This document shows positions 12,096 through 24,699 of a DNA stretch of 64,000 bases, piece after piece (position 1 is the first letter of the stretch; every line of letters begins with the position of its first letter). The notes below the pieces were generated by a model. It saw nothing but the letters and a program-made list of their open reading frames with translations, had not been told where the DNA came from and made no database searches. Both the position numbers and the translations under genes were made by a program. Source of the DNA: Octopus sinensis (lineage: Eukaryota); the NCBI RefSeq assembly GCF_006345805.1, contig NC_043009.1, forward strand, positions 46,748,001-46,812,000. Reading direction: 5' to 3'.

Positions 12096-13529
12096 ACATA
12101 CACACTGAATAATCCACACGTTGTTGAAAAATAGATTTAGGTGAGATGACCCGGAAGTTGTTCTTCGATTATTGTCGTAAACAGCATGTTTCTTCAGCTG
12201 AATACACGTTTTTGAATGGCTAAAATTACGCAAATACGGCAACTTTAACACGAAATAACTTCTAAAAAACTAAATTTTGTCAAAGATGTTGAAAGTAAAC
12301 CGTGTTCAGCGTGAGAAATTACACAAGTATACAAAGTTTCAAACTGTTTAGTTAAAAAAGAATAATTTTAAAAATCTGTGAGCCAAACTGAAGAATTTTT
12401 GCGTGCGTGTGAGCATGCATATGGCGCGGAATGGGCGGCTTTATTGATTAAATCGATCTCTGTACAGTATTGTTACTTCACTTTATCGACCTTAGAAATG
12501 AAAAATTCAACTTGGTGGGATTTGCATTCAGAACGTAAAGATCCCGAACAAATACTGTACGGCATCTATTTCAACACTATGACGAAGTCAATCAGTTGAG
12601 ATTCAAACTGGGTCCCGGCAAGCTTCTGACCGTACAGCAGCAGCAGTGATCGTGTCTAGACTATAACAAATCTACGCTCAATGAATTTAGTTCAAACAGT
12701 ATTTGCCTTTTTCTTCTTGTTTTTTTTTTTCGTGCTTTTGGTGGGTAGAAAATATTTAGAGAATTGGTACTCTCCAACATCCATCTAATGTTCAAGAATC
12801 TAAATCTGTGTTCAATTTATTTTGGGTTTTCTTTTTTTCTTTTACAAGAGAAATAGCGAAGCCCCTAAACGTGGTATCCTAACCAGGTTAAAGTGCGTGG
12901 CAACTTTCTATCCTGTTTTTATTTTGTTGTTTTTTTATCAGAACGTCAACGCATTGGATGAAGCATAGCACTCCTTAAGTAGATATTCCCGGTCAACAGA
13001 ACACTGGGAAGTTGCCACGTTGCTTGTATGCAAGCTCCCAGCCAAGGCCTTCCCAGCATTTTACAGATTCACTAGTAATAACTTTCCGATTTCTGTACCC
13101 TACCCTCCAACCGATGAATTCTTCCGCTGTTGACCAATCCCTACATATTCATCAAAATATTGGCCATTTGACAATCAACCTTTATATCCATATCTATCTA
13201 TGTATCTATTTTGAAGGGTCGCTCTACGTTTCCACCACTTGTGGACAGGATCTGTAGCCGATTAGCGCTACAAATAGACTATTATATCTAACTAAATTGG
13301 TTAGAAACAGGTTATATATGCAAGCAAGCAATATCTTATCTCCTATTCTGTTTGATCCGGTCAAACTGGCTACACATTCATTGCCAACACGAAGAGAGAT
13401 AGATAGGGAAGGGTTTTTAAGAAGTTTAGATAGACAGACACACACAGAAATAAATTTTCACATTTATGATATATATATATATATGTATACATGTGCGTGT
13501 GAGTGTGTATGTGTGTGAGTGTGTATGCG

Positions 13530-13722
13530 TGTGTGTGTTAGGTTGTCCTCCACCCAACGCTTGACAACCGGTGTTGGTGTGTTCTCGCCTCCGTAACTTA
13601 CCGGTTCGGCAAAAAGTCGCCGAGAGAATAAGCACCTGAGCAGGAGTCGATTCATTCGACTAAAAATTCTTCAAGACCGTTGCCCGGCATGACCGCAGTC
13701 TAATGACTGAAACACGTAAATA
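13530..13722 (+). mobile_element. SINE family A, 3' half (diverged)
   Basis: CTTGACAACCGGTGTTGGTGTG...GCAGTCTAATGACTGAAAC. Confidence 0.75.
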
Positions 13723-13796
13723 TTAAAAAATATATAAATATATTAAAAAAATAAATAAACCCTGGCCTTGTTTCTAAATCAGAAACTTTTGTCAAT

Positions 13797-13980
13797 CCGG
13801 GTAGAGGGTGCGGTATTGGCAGAATCGTTAGAGCCCCGGATAAAATGTCAGACGATATTTAGATTTAGCTCTTCGCATTCAGGGCTCAGATCCCAGCAAA
13901 GGCAACATTACCTTTCATCCTTCTGAGTTCGATAAAGTAAAGAAACAATTAAGAACAGGTGTGGATTTAGTCGATAATCT
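13797..13980 (+). mobile_element. SINE family B, diverged
   Basis: TGGCAGAATCGTTAG...CCTTTCATCCTTCTGAGTTCGATAAA. Confidence 0.65.
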
Positions 13981-14025
13981 CTCTCTGTCTGTCTCTCTCT
14001 GTCTCTCTCTGTCTCTCTCTTTCTT

Positions 14026-14094
<69 letters not shown>

Positions 14095-14397
14095 CACACA
14101 CGCACATGATGAGTTTGCACCTGAATTTGAAAGTACTATTATTTTATCCAGCGGAATGGAAGGTCATTGAACTGGAAAGATGTCTGACTACTTCGTCGAG
14201 CAAGTGCTTACGCTGTTGTTCGATCTGTCTGATATGGTAGCCAACTAAATCTTTTTTATAAGCACTCACTGTTGTGGAAGGCACATGGGCTAATTATAGT
14301 TCTTCATATCACGAACCACATCCTTTTACTACTAACTGAAAGTAAAAATTTAGTTGGGGTCGTTTTCTCTGTTCTTTTTTTAATATATATATATATA

Positions 14398-14910
14398 CTA
14401 GCAGTATCGCCCGGCGTTGCTCGGGTTTGTAAGGGAAATAACTATATAAGCATTTTTAGAGAGTTACTTCCCTTATAGATGCCAATTCGGGCTTTCTTAG
14501 CCATTTCTGTTTTGGTGTCTTCAAGTCATGAAGTCGTTGTTCTAAAAGAACGCTGGTCTCCTTGACAACGCTTTACGACGTTGATTTCCTTACACTCCCT
14601 TCCCCACAGCTTCACGAGGGAGGGAAGAAGGGGAGAAGCAAACAGGTGCAGGTGTGACCATGGACGCCAACTCCACCGCCATCGACACGCGAAAAATTAT
14701 GCATTAAAATGGAATAAAAAATGATGTTAAATTATTTTTAAAATCGTAGACTCGTCGTAGACGCGCGCTAATACACAGACAGGCTCGATATGAATCACGA
14801 CTATAAGATACCCGAATTTGGTTAAACTGCACCGCAAAATGTGGGAATAGTTAGGAATCTAAATCGAAGGGGACAGACACTCACACAACTACAGTTTATT
14901 ATATATATAT
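14398..14910 (-). mobile_element. Non-autonomous Helitron, same 3' end as 11,493 but different body
   Basis: CTAGCAGTATCGCCCGGCGTTGCTCGGGTTTGTAAGGGAAATAACTATA is identical to 11,493-11,541; the 5' TC is not preserved. Confidence 0.7.
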
Positions 14911-15019
14911 ATATATATTCTTTTAATTATAGGCACCAGTCCTGAGTAATTATGCATTAACCGTATCACTTGTAATATATGAGAGACAAGAGGCCAAGTA
15001 AATGCCAATGTCGCAGTTC

Positions 15020-15170
15020 ATCGGGTAACATCGTACTGGTACTTATTTTATCGACACTGAAAAGATGAAGCCAAAATAGGCCCCGGCGAAACTTGAATTC
15101 AAAGTGTAGCGACGGACGAAATGCCGCTAAACATGTTGCCCGGCGTGCGAACGACTTTGCCAGCTCGCTT
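15020..15170 (-). mobile_element. SINE family B, diverged
   Basis: GTACTTATTTTATCGAC...CGGCGTGCGAACGACTTTGCCAGCTCGC. Confidence 0.7.
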
Positions 15171-16034
15171 CCTTCAGAATTTGATAACATAATTAAACAT
15201 TATTTGGAAGCTAATGGTTCACAGTAAGGTAGATAACCATGACTAACAGTAAAAGAGTTAATTCCCTTGAATAAGTAATTTTGTATTTCCTTTCGGTTCA
15301 TAAACGTATTAAGAGTTGATTTTTAACAGCATAATTTTTCTGGTAGCATAAACTTTTTGGTTGATATTAAATAGATTAATATGTACAGAATAGATTGAGC
15401 AAATTAAGCGTTTTCATTATTGGCTGATAGAAAAACTACGACCTTGATAAACCAAGATGCACTGGTGCGGTAAAATGTGCGTAATGCCTATGAACAAACG
15501 ATTGTAGGATCTAATCTAACTTGCGGCTAAATAAAAACAATAACAAAGAAAACAACAAATTAAATGTTGGTGGGGCTCGCACATTTCTATGTAAATCAAC
15601 GGTTGAGAAAGCGTCAGGAAAAAAAGAAAAAATTTGAGTTATTTGTCCCAGCTTCCTATATTCTAAGTTCAAATCCCAAGCATGGAAACATTGACTTTCA
15701 GATTTTCGAGATCGATAGAGTAAATTACCTGTCAACTAATGGACGGGCTACATCTTCTCCCCCAGGACTGATGGCCTTGTACGCAAATTAGAAACCATGT
15801 CTGACCGGGAGAAGTGGAGTTAATTTCTACGTACGATCAGTAACTAAAGGGAGGCAAATCCTGCAAATCTTATCATCCATTGTACAATGCCAAATTTCAA
15901 AAGCCACGCATCGTATATACTTTTAATTAAAGGTTTCTTTTTAATGATAATAAAAGGCAGACCATACGTGTATGTATGTATGTATTTATGTATGTATGTA
16001 TGTCTCTATCTATCTATCTATCTACATACATATG

Positions 16035-16081
<47 letters not shown>

Positions 16082-16082
<1 letters not shown>

Positions 16083-16273
16083 TATATATATGTAGGTCCC
16101 GGGTTGAGTCGGGGTTAACCACAGTAAATAAGGTACTCAATACATAGCAGAGTAAATTAATTTATTTTATAGAAGGAGCTTCTACAGGACTAGAACTGTT
16201 TTCATTCAAATGAAATCATCAGGAAGCCGATGAAACAGTTCTAGTCCTGTAGAAGCTCCTTCTATAAAATAAA
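16082..16273 (-). mobile_element. Penelope-like terminal repeat with an inverted partial copy
   Basis: Inverted arms of 44-45 bp (16,161-16,205 and 16,230-16,273, one indel) around a 24-nt spacer; carries a hammerhead-like core. Confidence 0.6.
16176..16227 (-). ncRNA. Hammerhead ribozyme-like motif, type I, two deviations
   Basis: GCTTC-CTGATGA-TTTCATTTGAAT-GAA(A)-ACAG-ttctagtc-CTGT-A-GAAGC: stem I GCTTC/GAAGC, stem III ACAG/CTGT, GUA cleavage triplet. Stem II closes with U-U and there is one extra A. Confidence 0.6.
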
Positions 16274-16444
16274 AATACATATATATATATATATATAATA
16301 TATATATAATATATATAAACATTTTTTAAAAAGGGTGAAATTTGAATATTAATTTGATTGATATCAATTTAAAACCAGTGGTCTAGCATTTTGAAATCTG
16401 AAGGTTCAGAAAAATTATATTACATACATATAAGTGGGATGACC

Positions 16445-16872
<428 letters not shown>

Positions 16873-17947
16873 ATATATCTATATATATATATGTGTGTGT
16901 ATGTATGTATGTATGTGATGTGTGTAGCATGTATGTATTTATACACACGCATATAACACCCGATATTGAATTATATATAAATTAAACGATTAAAATGGGT
17001 TCATAAAATACAATATAATGAAATAGAATAAAAGCAGAATCTTAAACAAGAAAATAATATGTGTATATAACAGTCGAAGGTTTTCTTTAAGAAATATGTC
17101 GAAATATATACCATAACTTTGCGATGCGGAATAAATCATGCATAATAAGAAGCAAATCTAACAGTGTTATTAAAAACAAGTCTAATAATCAAAAATATAT
17201 GCTATCCATATGGTATATTGCTAGCCGACATTTTAAATTCAGCTGCGTGTCTGCAGGAATTCAAGAGTTCGCTTCTTTGATTACATGAGTTATTGTCCTG
17301 GAACAAAATGAAATATTTTTCCTGTAGGAATAAATTACATTTGATGGGTCTTTTATGTGCAGCGTACCTATTTAACTTTGCGCGCCCCTCCCCTTCTCTT
17401 ACTAACTTCTTTAACTAACTGTTACTTATAAGATCCTTCCCTTTTCTTTTTCTTTCCCCCTCTCTGCATTTTACTTCTAATCTATATGTATACACCAAGT
17501 GATTTTTGCATGCGAGCATGATTGCGTACATATGTATACGTATGTATATGTGTTTTTGCGTGTATATTTACGTCTTACATGTATGTCTGTATATGTATGT
17601 AGTCTGTGTATATCCATCTGTGTATATTGATGTATATATGTATATTGATGGTTTAGTATGCGTATATACTGTTGTAAAATATTAAAATTTTTACTGTATT
17701 AATTGTATTAATCGAATTATATTTCATATATATTTATTGACAATATGTATTTTGAATCCGCTCTTCGATTTAAGGTTTTTCCTCAATTTTTTATAATAGG
17801 ATGAATTTATATTGAATTCATTTATTTTGTTTATTTTGTTTATTGCATGCTTAAGACCGTTATTTGAAAGGACCAATGAAACAAACCCAGTTTTAAAGGG
17901 GTATCCCGTAACTAGTTTTGATCATATCATTATTTCTGTTCTATTTT

Positions 17948-18000
17948 GACAAAATTGTCCGACGAACGGGAACGTGAAACTCTGAGTAACAACTTTTGTT
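17948..18000 (+). ncRNA. Minimal type-I hammerhead ribozyme (U4C core variant)
   Basis: Stem I CAAAA-TTGT / ACAA-c-TTTTG, core CCGACGA, stem II ACG-GGAA-CGT, GAA, stem III ACTC-T-GAGT, triplet GUA. Predicted cleavage after 17,988. Confidence 0.7.
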
Positions 18001-18097
18001 ATATTTCTGCTGCTTTTGAATAAGGTATATTACTCTATCTCTGGTATTTGAGTACCCTTTTTTCCATCTTGCTTCACATTTATGTGCTTACTCCGGC

Positions 18098-18149
<52 letters not shown>

Positions 18150-18152
18150 GTA

Positions 18153-18238
<86 letters not shown>

Positions 18239-18746
18239 TATATTTATGAAAATACATAAATACTTAAAAAATATACACATAGGACAGACACAGGACCCTA
18301 GTTCTTCATCAGTTATTAACCGAAATACTAATACACAGTTTCATGCCTTTAACGATAAGATTGAGAACTCCGATTATCGGCGGCACCTGCAAAATTTGCA
18401 GAGAGTAAGGGCTCGAGGAAACAAAGCACTACTGAGTGGACGTACGAAGGTAAACAAATGTAATTTGAAACGATTGACGAAGAGGGAATAGATACGGCCT
18501 TTCGGACAAACACCTGAATGATGGGTAATACCTGGAAGAAATCCTGAATGGATATAGAAAGAGAAATAGCAAGAGAGGAGATAAATGCTGACCCGCAAGC
18601 TAAGTGTCCGGTGGCGAAAAGCAGAGAGATGAAAAAATTAGTCACGAGTCGCGTGTGAAATCTGAATGTGGACGAGCTTTATTCTGTACTCTACTACGTT
18701 CTTAAAAGAATATAATCTAATGATATATATATATATATGCATCCAT

Positions 18747-19050
18747 AGGCGCAGGCGTGGATATGTGGTTAGAAACTTACCACTTGGTTCCGGGTTCAGT
18801 CCCACTGAGTAACACCATAGGCAAGTGTCTTCTATTATAGCCTCGAACCGACCAAAGCTTTGTGAGTGGATTTAGTTGATGGAGACGTTAATGTCTTTAT
18901 GTCCCCGTAACTTAGTGGTTCAGCAAAATAGTTGAATAAGTACTAGGCTTACAAAAAATAAGTCCTGGTGTCCAATTCTTAGACTAAAAGCACTTTAAGG
19001 TGGTGCTCTAGTATGGTCGCAGTCAAATGACTGAAACAAATAAAAGAATT
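18747..19050 (+). mobile_element. SINE family A, internally deleted
   Basis: Head AGGCGCAGGCGTGG and tail GCAGTCAAATGACTGAAAC are both present. Confidence 0.85.
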
Positions 19051-19150
19051 ATATATATATATACATACATACATATATATATATTTAAACATGGTCTTCA
19101 GATTTCTACTGCTCTTTCTAGCACAACGCTTTCCTATTTGGAAGCATTTT

Positions 19151-19191
<41 letters not shown>

Positions 19192-19267
19192 CGTAAACAC
19201 CAGTCGCGTTTTTTTTTCTCTCTGTTCGCCCACATCGGGATCTTTCTTTCTTCTTTCTTCCTTCTCT

Positions 19268-19306
19268 TATGTTTCCGACGAAGAGCTCCGCTCGAAACGT
19301 CATACC
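19268..19306 (+). ncRNA. Minimal hammerhead-like motif in a solo Penelope terminal repeat
   Basis: GTTT-CCGACGA-A-GAGC-TCC-GCTC-GAA-ACGT-C-ATAC: palindromic stem III ACGT, GUC triplet, stem I with 3 of 4 pairs. Confidence 0.6.
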
Positions 19307-19397
19307 CTCCTTCTTCCATTTTCCTGAGCGCCTAATAATAATAATAATACTGTAATTGTTCCACGTGTTGTTTTTTCAGTTTTCCCGTTTGGATTAA

Positions 19398-19435
<38 letters not shown>

Positions 19436-19450
19436 AACACACACTCACAC

Positions 19451-19485
<35 letters not shown>

Positions 19486-19841
19486 TGTATGTATGCATGT
19501 ATGTGTGTATGTGTGTAAAACGCAAAGAAGTAATGTACGGTACCAGAATTTTAGAAGCTAATCAAATATAACGCCCTGTTCCAAATCACTTTTAGATTAT
19601 CTGCATAAGTGGAGTCAACACCTAGCAGTCTGTATTGGAATTGTGTCGTATTTTTACTGTAAATCTTACTCAAAGTTTACGTAATGGAGTACGTATAACC
19701 AGATTACCTGTTACATATTACGCAACCCTGAAACGTACAAGTCAAATGATTTCGTGTTCTCCTCTTTCAAAATACCCATCTGCGATTTGAGTTGGCTTCA
19801 TCATCTCTGCTACAAACACAGACACACACACAAACAAACAA

Positions 19842-19883
<42 letters not shown>

Positions 19884-20604
19884 GCAGGTATGATATATAT
19901 AAAAAGTTATAATATATCTGTGTATGCTCGTGAGTAGTGCTAATTAATATATACTAATTAATATTCGTGACCTATTGACGCCAATAGTGAAAATATTTTT
20001 CGTCCTGTTATTCACAAAAAGAAGAAAAGTCATTTTCTTTATGCAACTGCTACGAATCGCAGATTGGTATTTCAGGAGCCGTGTTCTCCTCTTTCAAGAT
20101 GCTGATGTAACCAAGTTGATTTAGATGGGTTTTTTGAGACACTCGATCTGGAAAATCTGGAAAGTATCTGCGATTACCTTGATCGTGTAACGGGAATGGT
20201 CTCTACTAACTTCTTCACTCTGTCGCTTTCAATAAACCGGCCAGATTGCGAAAGATTACCGATCGAAATCATGCAAACTTTTTCTAGAACACAAGTTCCG
20301 CAACAACGTTCTCTTCAAGCACAGCACATATCTTCCAGCACGCTTCCACTGCTTTTTTTTTCTTTTTACTTTTTATAGAATTAAAATATCATAACATGTC
20401 GATAACTTTTGGTTTTGTCTTCCTATTCTCAGAGTGCTCTCTAGTAAGCAAAACATAACCTGTCTCGTCGCTGGTTCGCGACTAACTACATTAGGTGTGT
20501 CAGGTTTCTACTGATAATAGATGCGCAAAGGAAAAAAGAGAGCGCAAGAATACTTTGGCCAATCCAGTTAAATGTTTAGTATGGCCGTCATAAATGCAGA
20601 GAAC

Positions 20605-20805
20605 TAGCAGTGCCGTTGGTACGCCGAACATGGTTAGCAGCATTTAGTCTATCTTTGCGTTCTGAGCTCAAATTCCACTGAAGTCGATTTTGACTTCCGT
20701 TCCTTTGGAGTCAACGAATTAAGAACCAGTGAAGTACTGGAGTCGATGTAATCGACTCCCCACTTCCCTCAAAAATTGCTAGCTCCGTGCCAAAATATGT
20801 AACTA
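20605..20805 (+). mobile_element. SINE family B-related, diverged
   Basis: CGTTCTGAGCTCAAATTCC...GGAGTCGATGTAATCGACT...CCCTCAAAAATTGC. Confidence 0.7.
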
Positions 20806-21051
20806 TAATAATGTTCACCATACTCCCAATTCACGGCAACGTGAAGCTCCGTAAGTTTTGAGAGACTTTCCAATCCTTTCGGCGAGTTATCGTCCTATTC
20901 TATTATTTATGATGTGATATCTTTATTATTAATTTTGTTTTGGTTGCAATGATGTTATTTTTGAACAGAAACACCTCCTTCGTTGATATTTATAAATTTC
21001 CTGTAAAATCTTTGAAACCAGTATCGGAATACGACATAATGATAATAATAT

Positions 21052-21280
21052 ATTTCTTTATTGCCCACAAGGGGCTAAAAATAGAACGGACACACAAGGA
21101 CAGACAAAGGGATTAGGTCGATTACATCGACCCCAGTGCGAAACTGGTACTTTATTTATCGATCCCGAAAGGATGAAACGCAAAGTCGACCTCGGCGGTA
21201 TTTGAATTCAGAACGTAACGGCAGACGAAATACGTCTACGCATTTCGCCCGGCGTGCTAACGTTTCTGCCAGCTCGCCGA
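21052..21280 (-). mobile_element. SINE family B, monomer
   Basis: Full match from GCGAGCTGGCAGAAACGTTAG to AAAGAAATA. Confidence 0.9.
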
Positions 21281-22770
21281 TAATAATAGATGCTAATGAC
21301 CGTGCTAACGGTCCAGTTTTGAGTGTCAACATATCCATGACAATGAAACACGATGTGAAAGGCAGGCAAGTTGGAGTTGAAGCAAATTCATTGCATCTAA
21401 CTAACGATGTTTTGTCTAGTCGCAATGAAAACGAGAACTAGTGCAAAAAAAAAAAACAGCAGCAACAACAACCGTTCAAGAATTTGGAGCTGGAGATCTC
21501 CATTTCCAGCGACTTCGAGGGCCACCTCCCAGTGGTGTCGGGCGTCAAAGAAGAGCCCTCGACTACAACAAGACGAACAAAGTTTTTGTTTTCCAAGGTC
21601 TGGGGTCTCCCGCCCCTAAGCCCTAGACCATCACCTAATCACCCTTACCCGTATTGTTGTTTAACAACAACACAACAGCAGTAACAGCAACAATGACAAC
21701 AAAAGGTACAGTAACGTCAATGTGTACAACAGCAGCACCACCAACAATAGCAAAACCAGTAGCAGCAGCAAAAGCAACATCAACAATAACAGTAACAACG
21801 AGAACAACAACAACGACAAGAATGGAACAAAAGCAACACATCAAGCACGAAGCAATCAAAAGTAAAACCAGCAGTAATAACAGTGTGGAAAAGAATAACA
21901 ACAGCAACAAATTTTCATTCATTTTAAGACCATGCATTCGTTATAAAATTTGAAAAGATCCCCCTTCCCTTGTATAGAATTAATATTGTTAAATATCGTA
22001 ATGTCTCGTCGACATAATGTCTCACAAATGGGAGGAAACAATACTAGCTCCAAAAGGAAAATGGACGCAATGATAGAAAAATACGCTGGCAGAAAAATGC
22101 TTGGAAGATGTGTACGCCTCGGTTCTACACTAATATAAAGCGTGACAATACAGGACAGTAACTACCATATTTATCATTAAAATAGAAGTTCGAAGAATGG
22201 AGACAATAACGAGCACTTCTCAGACTTTTAAAATGACCCATAGAGATTTGGAAGGAGATTTTATGTTGCTGTAAAATCTCCCTTGGTTTTATTATCATAT
22301 ATATCATTGAATATTTGGCGTGTTCAGTCGTAGAAGTAACAAAAGAAACCAACTTTAAAATAAAAGTGGGATTTTATTCCATTGTAAAGTGGTACAGTGT
22401 ACCAAAGCAAAAAATATTACAAATATTGTTGGTTATTGTCCATCCATTGTTTTGATAAGTCAGCTTAGGTCGTCTTTGGTTACATGGCCTTCTTTATATA
22501 TTAACTATCCTCTAAAAACAGCAGGATCTGCAAATTCGCCTTGATGAAAAACTCTCACCCCTCTGATTTTTTCTCACTAATTTATAGAAAAAAGTAAGCT
22601 CCAGAACACACACAGGATTAGTTGTTTGAAACATATTACGTACAGCGTAAATCCAAATCCAAATATTACGCGCAACGTAAATCCAAATACGCACAACGTA
22701 AATCCAAATCCTGCGCAACACTCAACCAATCACAATACAAGACTCAACAAATGTCCAACAACTCACATGA

Positions 22771-23003
22771 TATATTTCTTTACTACCCACAAGGGGCTAA
22801 ACACAGAGAGGACAAACAAGGACAGACAAAGGGATTAAGTCGATTACATCGACCCCAGTGCGCAACTGGTACTTAATTTATCGACCCCGAAAGGATGAAA
22901 GGCAAAGTTGACCTCGGCGGAATTTGAACTCAGAACGTAAAGGCAGACGAAATACGGCCACGCATTTCGCCCGGCGTGCTAACGTTTCTGCCAGCTCGCC
23001 GCC
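22771..23003 (-). mobile_element. SINE family B, monomer
   Basis: Full match to the family B consensus seen in the window. Confidence 0.9.
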
Positions 23004-23149
23004 TTACATGATAGATATGTTAACCAATCACTACAGATTAAAGTGACGAACCTATATAAGTCAACTTAAATGTTTTCAATAGGCAACAGTAGAAAGTGTT
23101 CAGGCTACAGGATTTTTAGCCATACAGGGGGAGCATGAGGAGAATGTAG

Positions 23150-24340
23150 AGGTGAAATCCTTCCCTTGCCTTTCGATTCTCATTGTTTGTGTCCTTTCTA
23201 AGCAGTTCCACTGCTCATCGACTCAAATACATGGGGATCTTTCCGTTTTGCTGCCAGTTGCGCTTAATATCTGCCAAGGGGGCCCCAAAGAAATCTGAAT
23301 GTAACAGTAAAGCTCATGGAACAGACCATCCAAGCCAGACAATTTACTTCCCACGCAACCAATCATCGTTTCCCGAATTTCCACGGCTAGGATCGGCTTA
23401 TCGCAACACTTTAGCAAAAGTTGCAGCAGGCCGTCGAGATAGACTGCTAAATCCATCCTACGCTGCGGCCTACTTTTTGTGAACGGTCGAGTGAAATGCT
23501 GCTGAATTTCCACATACATCTGATTGTGGCCGATTATGTGCCTGTTATGATCCCCAAAGTTCGAAATGTGGATCTGCTGTTACGTTGTTCATATCCCACT
23601 CTGGATCATTGGGTGTTTTCTTTCCCTCTAGACTTAGAGCACTGCCTTAGCTCTGACAATCCAGCCCCCACGATTCGCTGTGATGAATTGGTCTAGGCCA
23701 ATCTCACCACGAGCATGTCGGTTGCGAAACCTTCCCAAAGCGCCTCTGCGTAGTTTCTAAGCCTCCTCCTAATATACTTTTCTCTTTCGTTACGACCTTA
23801 ATTAATTGTTCTTTTCCTGTCTCTGTAAGTTTGGCGCGTCACTTTCCAGTAGCCGAGACCTATGCAGTTTATCCATATATTTAGTGACGCATCCCAGAAA
23901 TCCAGTGATTACTTGACAAACAGTTGGAAGCATCTTAGCAGATTTGTGAAGCTTTTGCACCCACGTCCACTAGGGGCTACTAGCTATCCACAGTCCCTGC
24001 GTGAGTCCAAGATATCGTTCCAATCATCCATCAATACTAGGAGTGAGACGTTCCAAGAAAGACTCCATAAAGCCTTAAGTGATCTAGCTTCTTCACTCCT
24101 GTGAAGGCATAAACGGCTATTAGTCTGAAAGCTTGGCCTATGCTGCTGGTCACGTCTAACACCACCAATTTATCTTCTAGGCCCAAGAAAATGTTCCGCG
24201 TCCCGAGATCCAGCCCTTCCCGAATCAGCATAGCTACTCCGCCGCAAATTCCCGGAAAACGTGGGATGTAAACAATTGATAACCGCGGAAGATGGGCACG
24301 ATTACTCTTGCCTTGGAAATTCTAGTCTGGCTCATAGCTG
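23150..24340 (-). mobile_element. Tx1/L1-like ORF2 remnant (endonuclease to start of RT), decayed
   Basis: GVAMLIREG...LVVLDV...FRLIAVYA...LMDDWN (APE domain), then PILAVEI...SGLDGLFHELY...WQQNGKIP...ELLRKD. Confidence 0.75.
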
Positions 24341-24699
24341 CCACAACTATTTTTTAGTGGCCTGTGATCCTTGAGTAAGTGGTCTTGCTTCCAAGGATAC
24401 CTGCCTATTTTGAGTTTATGGTTGACAAGAAAGGATGAAAGTGAGAAAAACATTTACCATTATTCTGTGGAAGGACAGGTATTGCATCACTCTGGCTATT
24501 CGTGGGTCCACCAGCATACACTTCTTTATACATTTCTTTTCTTTATAGTCTCTCGGGAATCTCATATTCCCCCAAGAAGCCTACGTTGTTTTATCATTTT
24601 TATATTAGTAGAGATGTTATGTGTGTGATTTATTTATTTTGATTAATGTCTGTGTATTGGCGAATATGTTTCATTAAGTCGTTGTTGCATGCGCCTCTG

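Noticed and set aside
13000-13160. Minus-strand frame RDWSTAEEFIGWRVGY...
   Set aside because: About 50 codons bounded by stops, a weak acceptor and no recognisable family.
21540-21575. RQRRALDY furin-site motif resembling a TGF-beta cleavage site
   Set aside because: No cysteine-knot domain follows; the frame stops after ~20 residues.
21608-21650. Interstitial telomeric repeat
   Set aside because: Only one exact CCCTAA; the rest is too degenerate.
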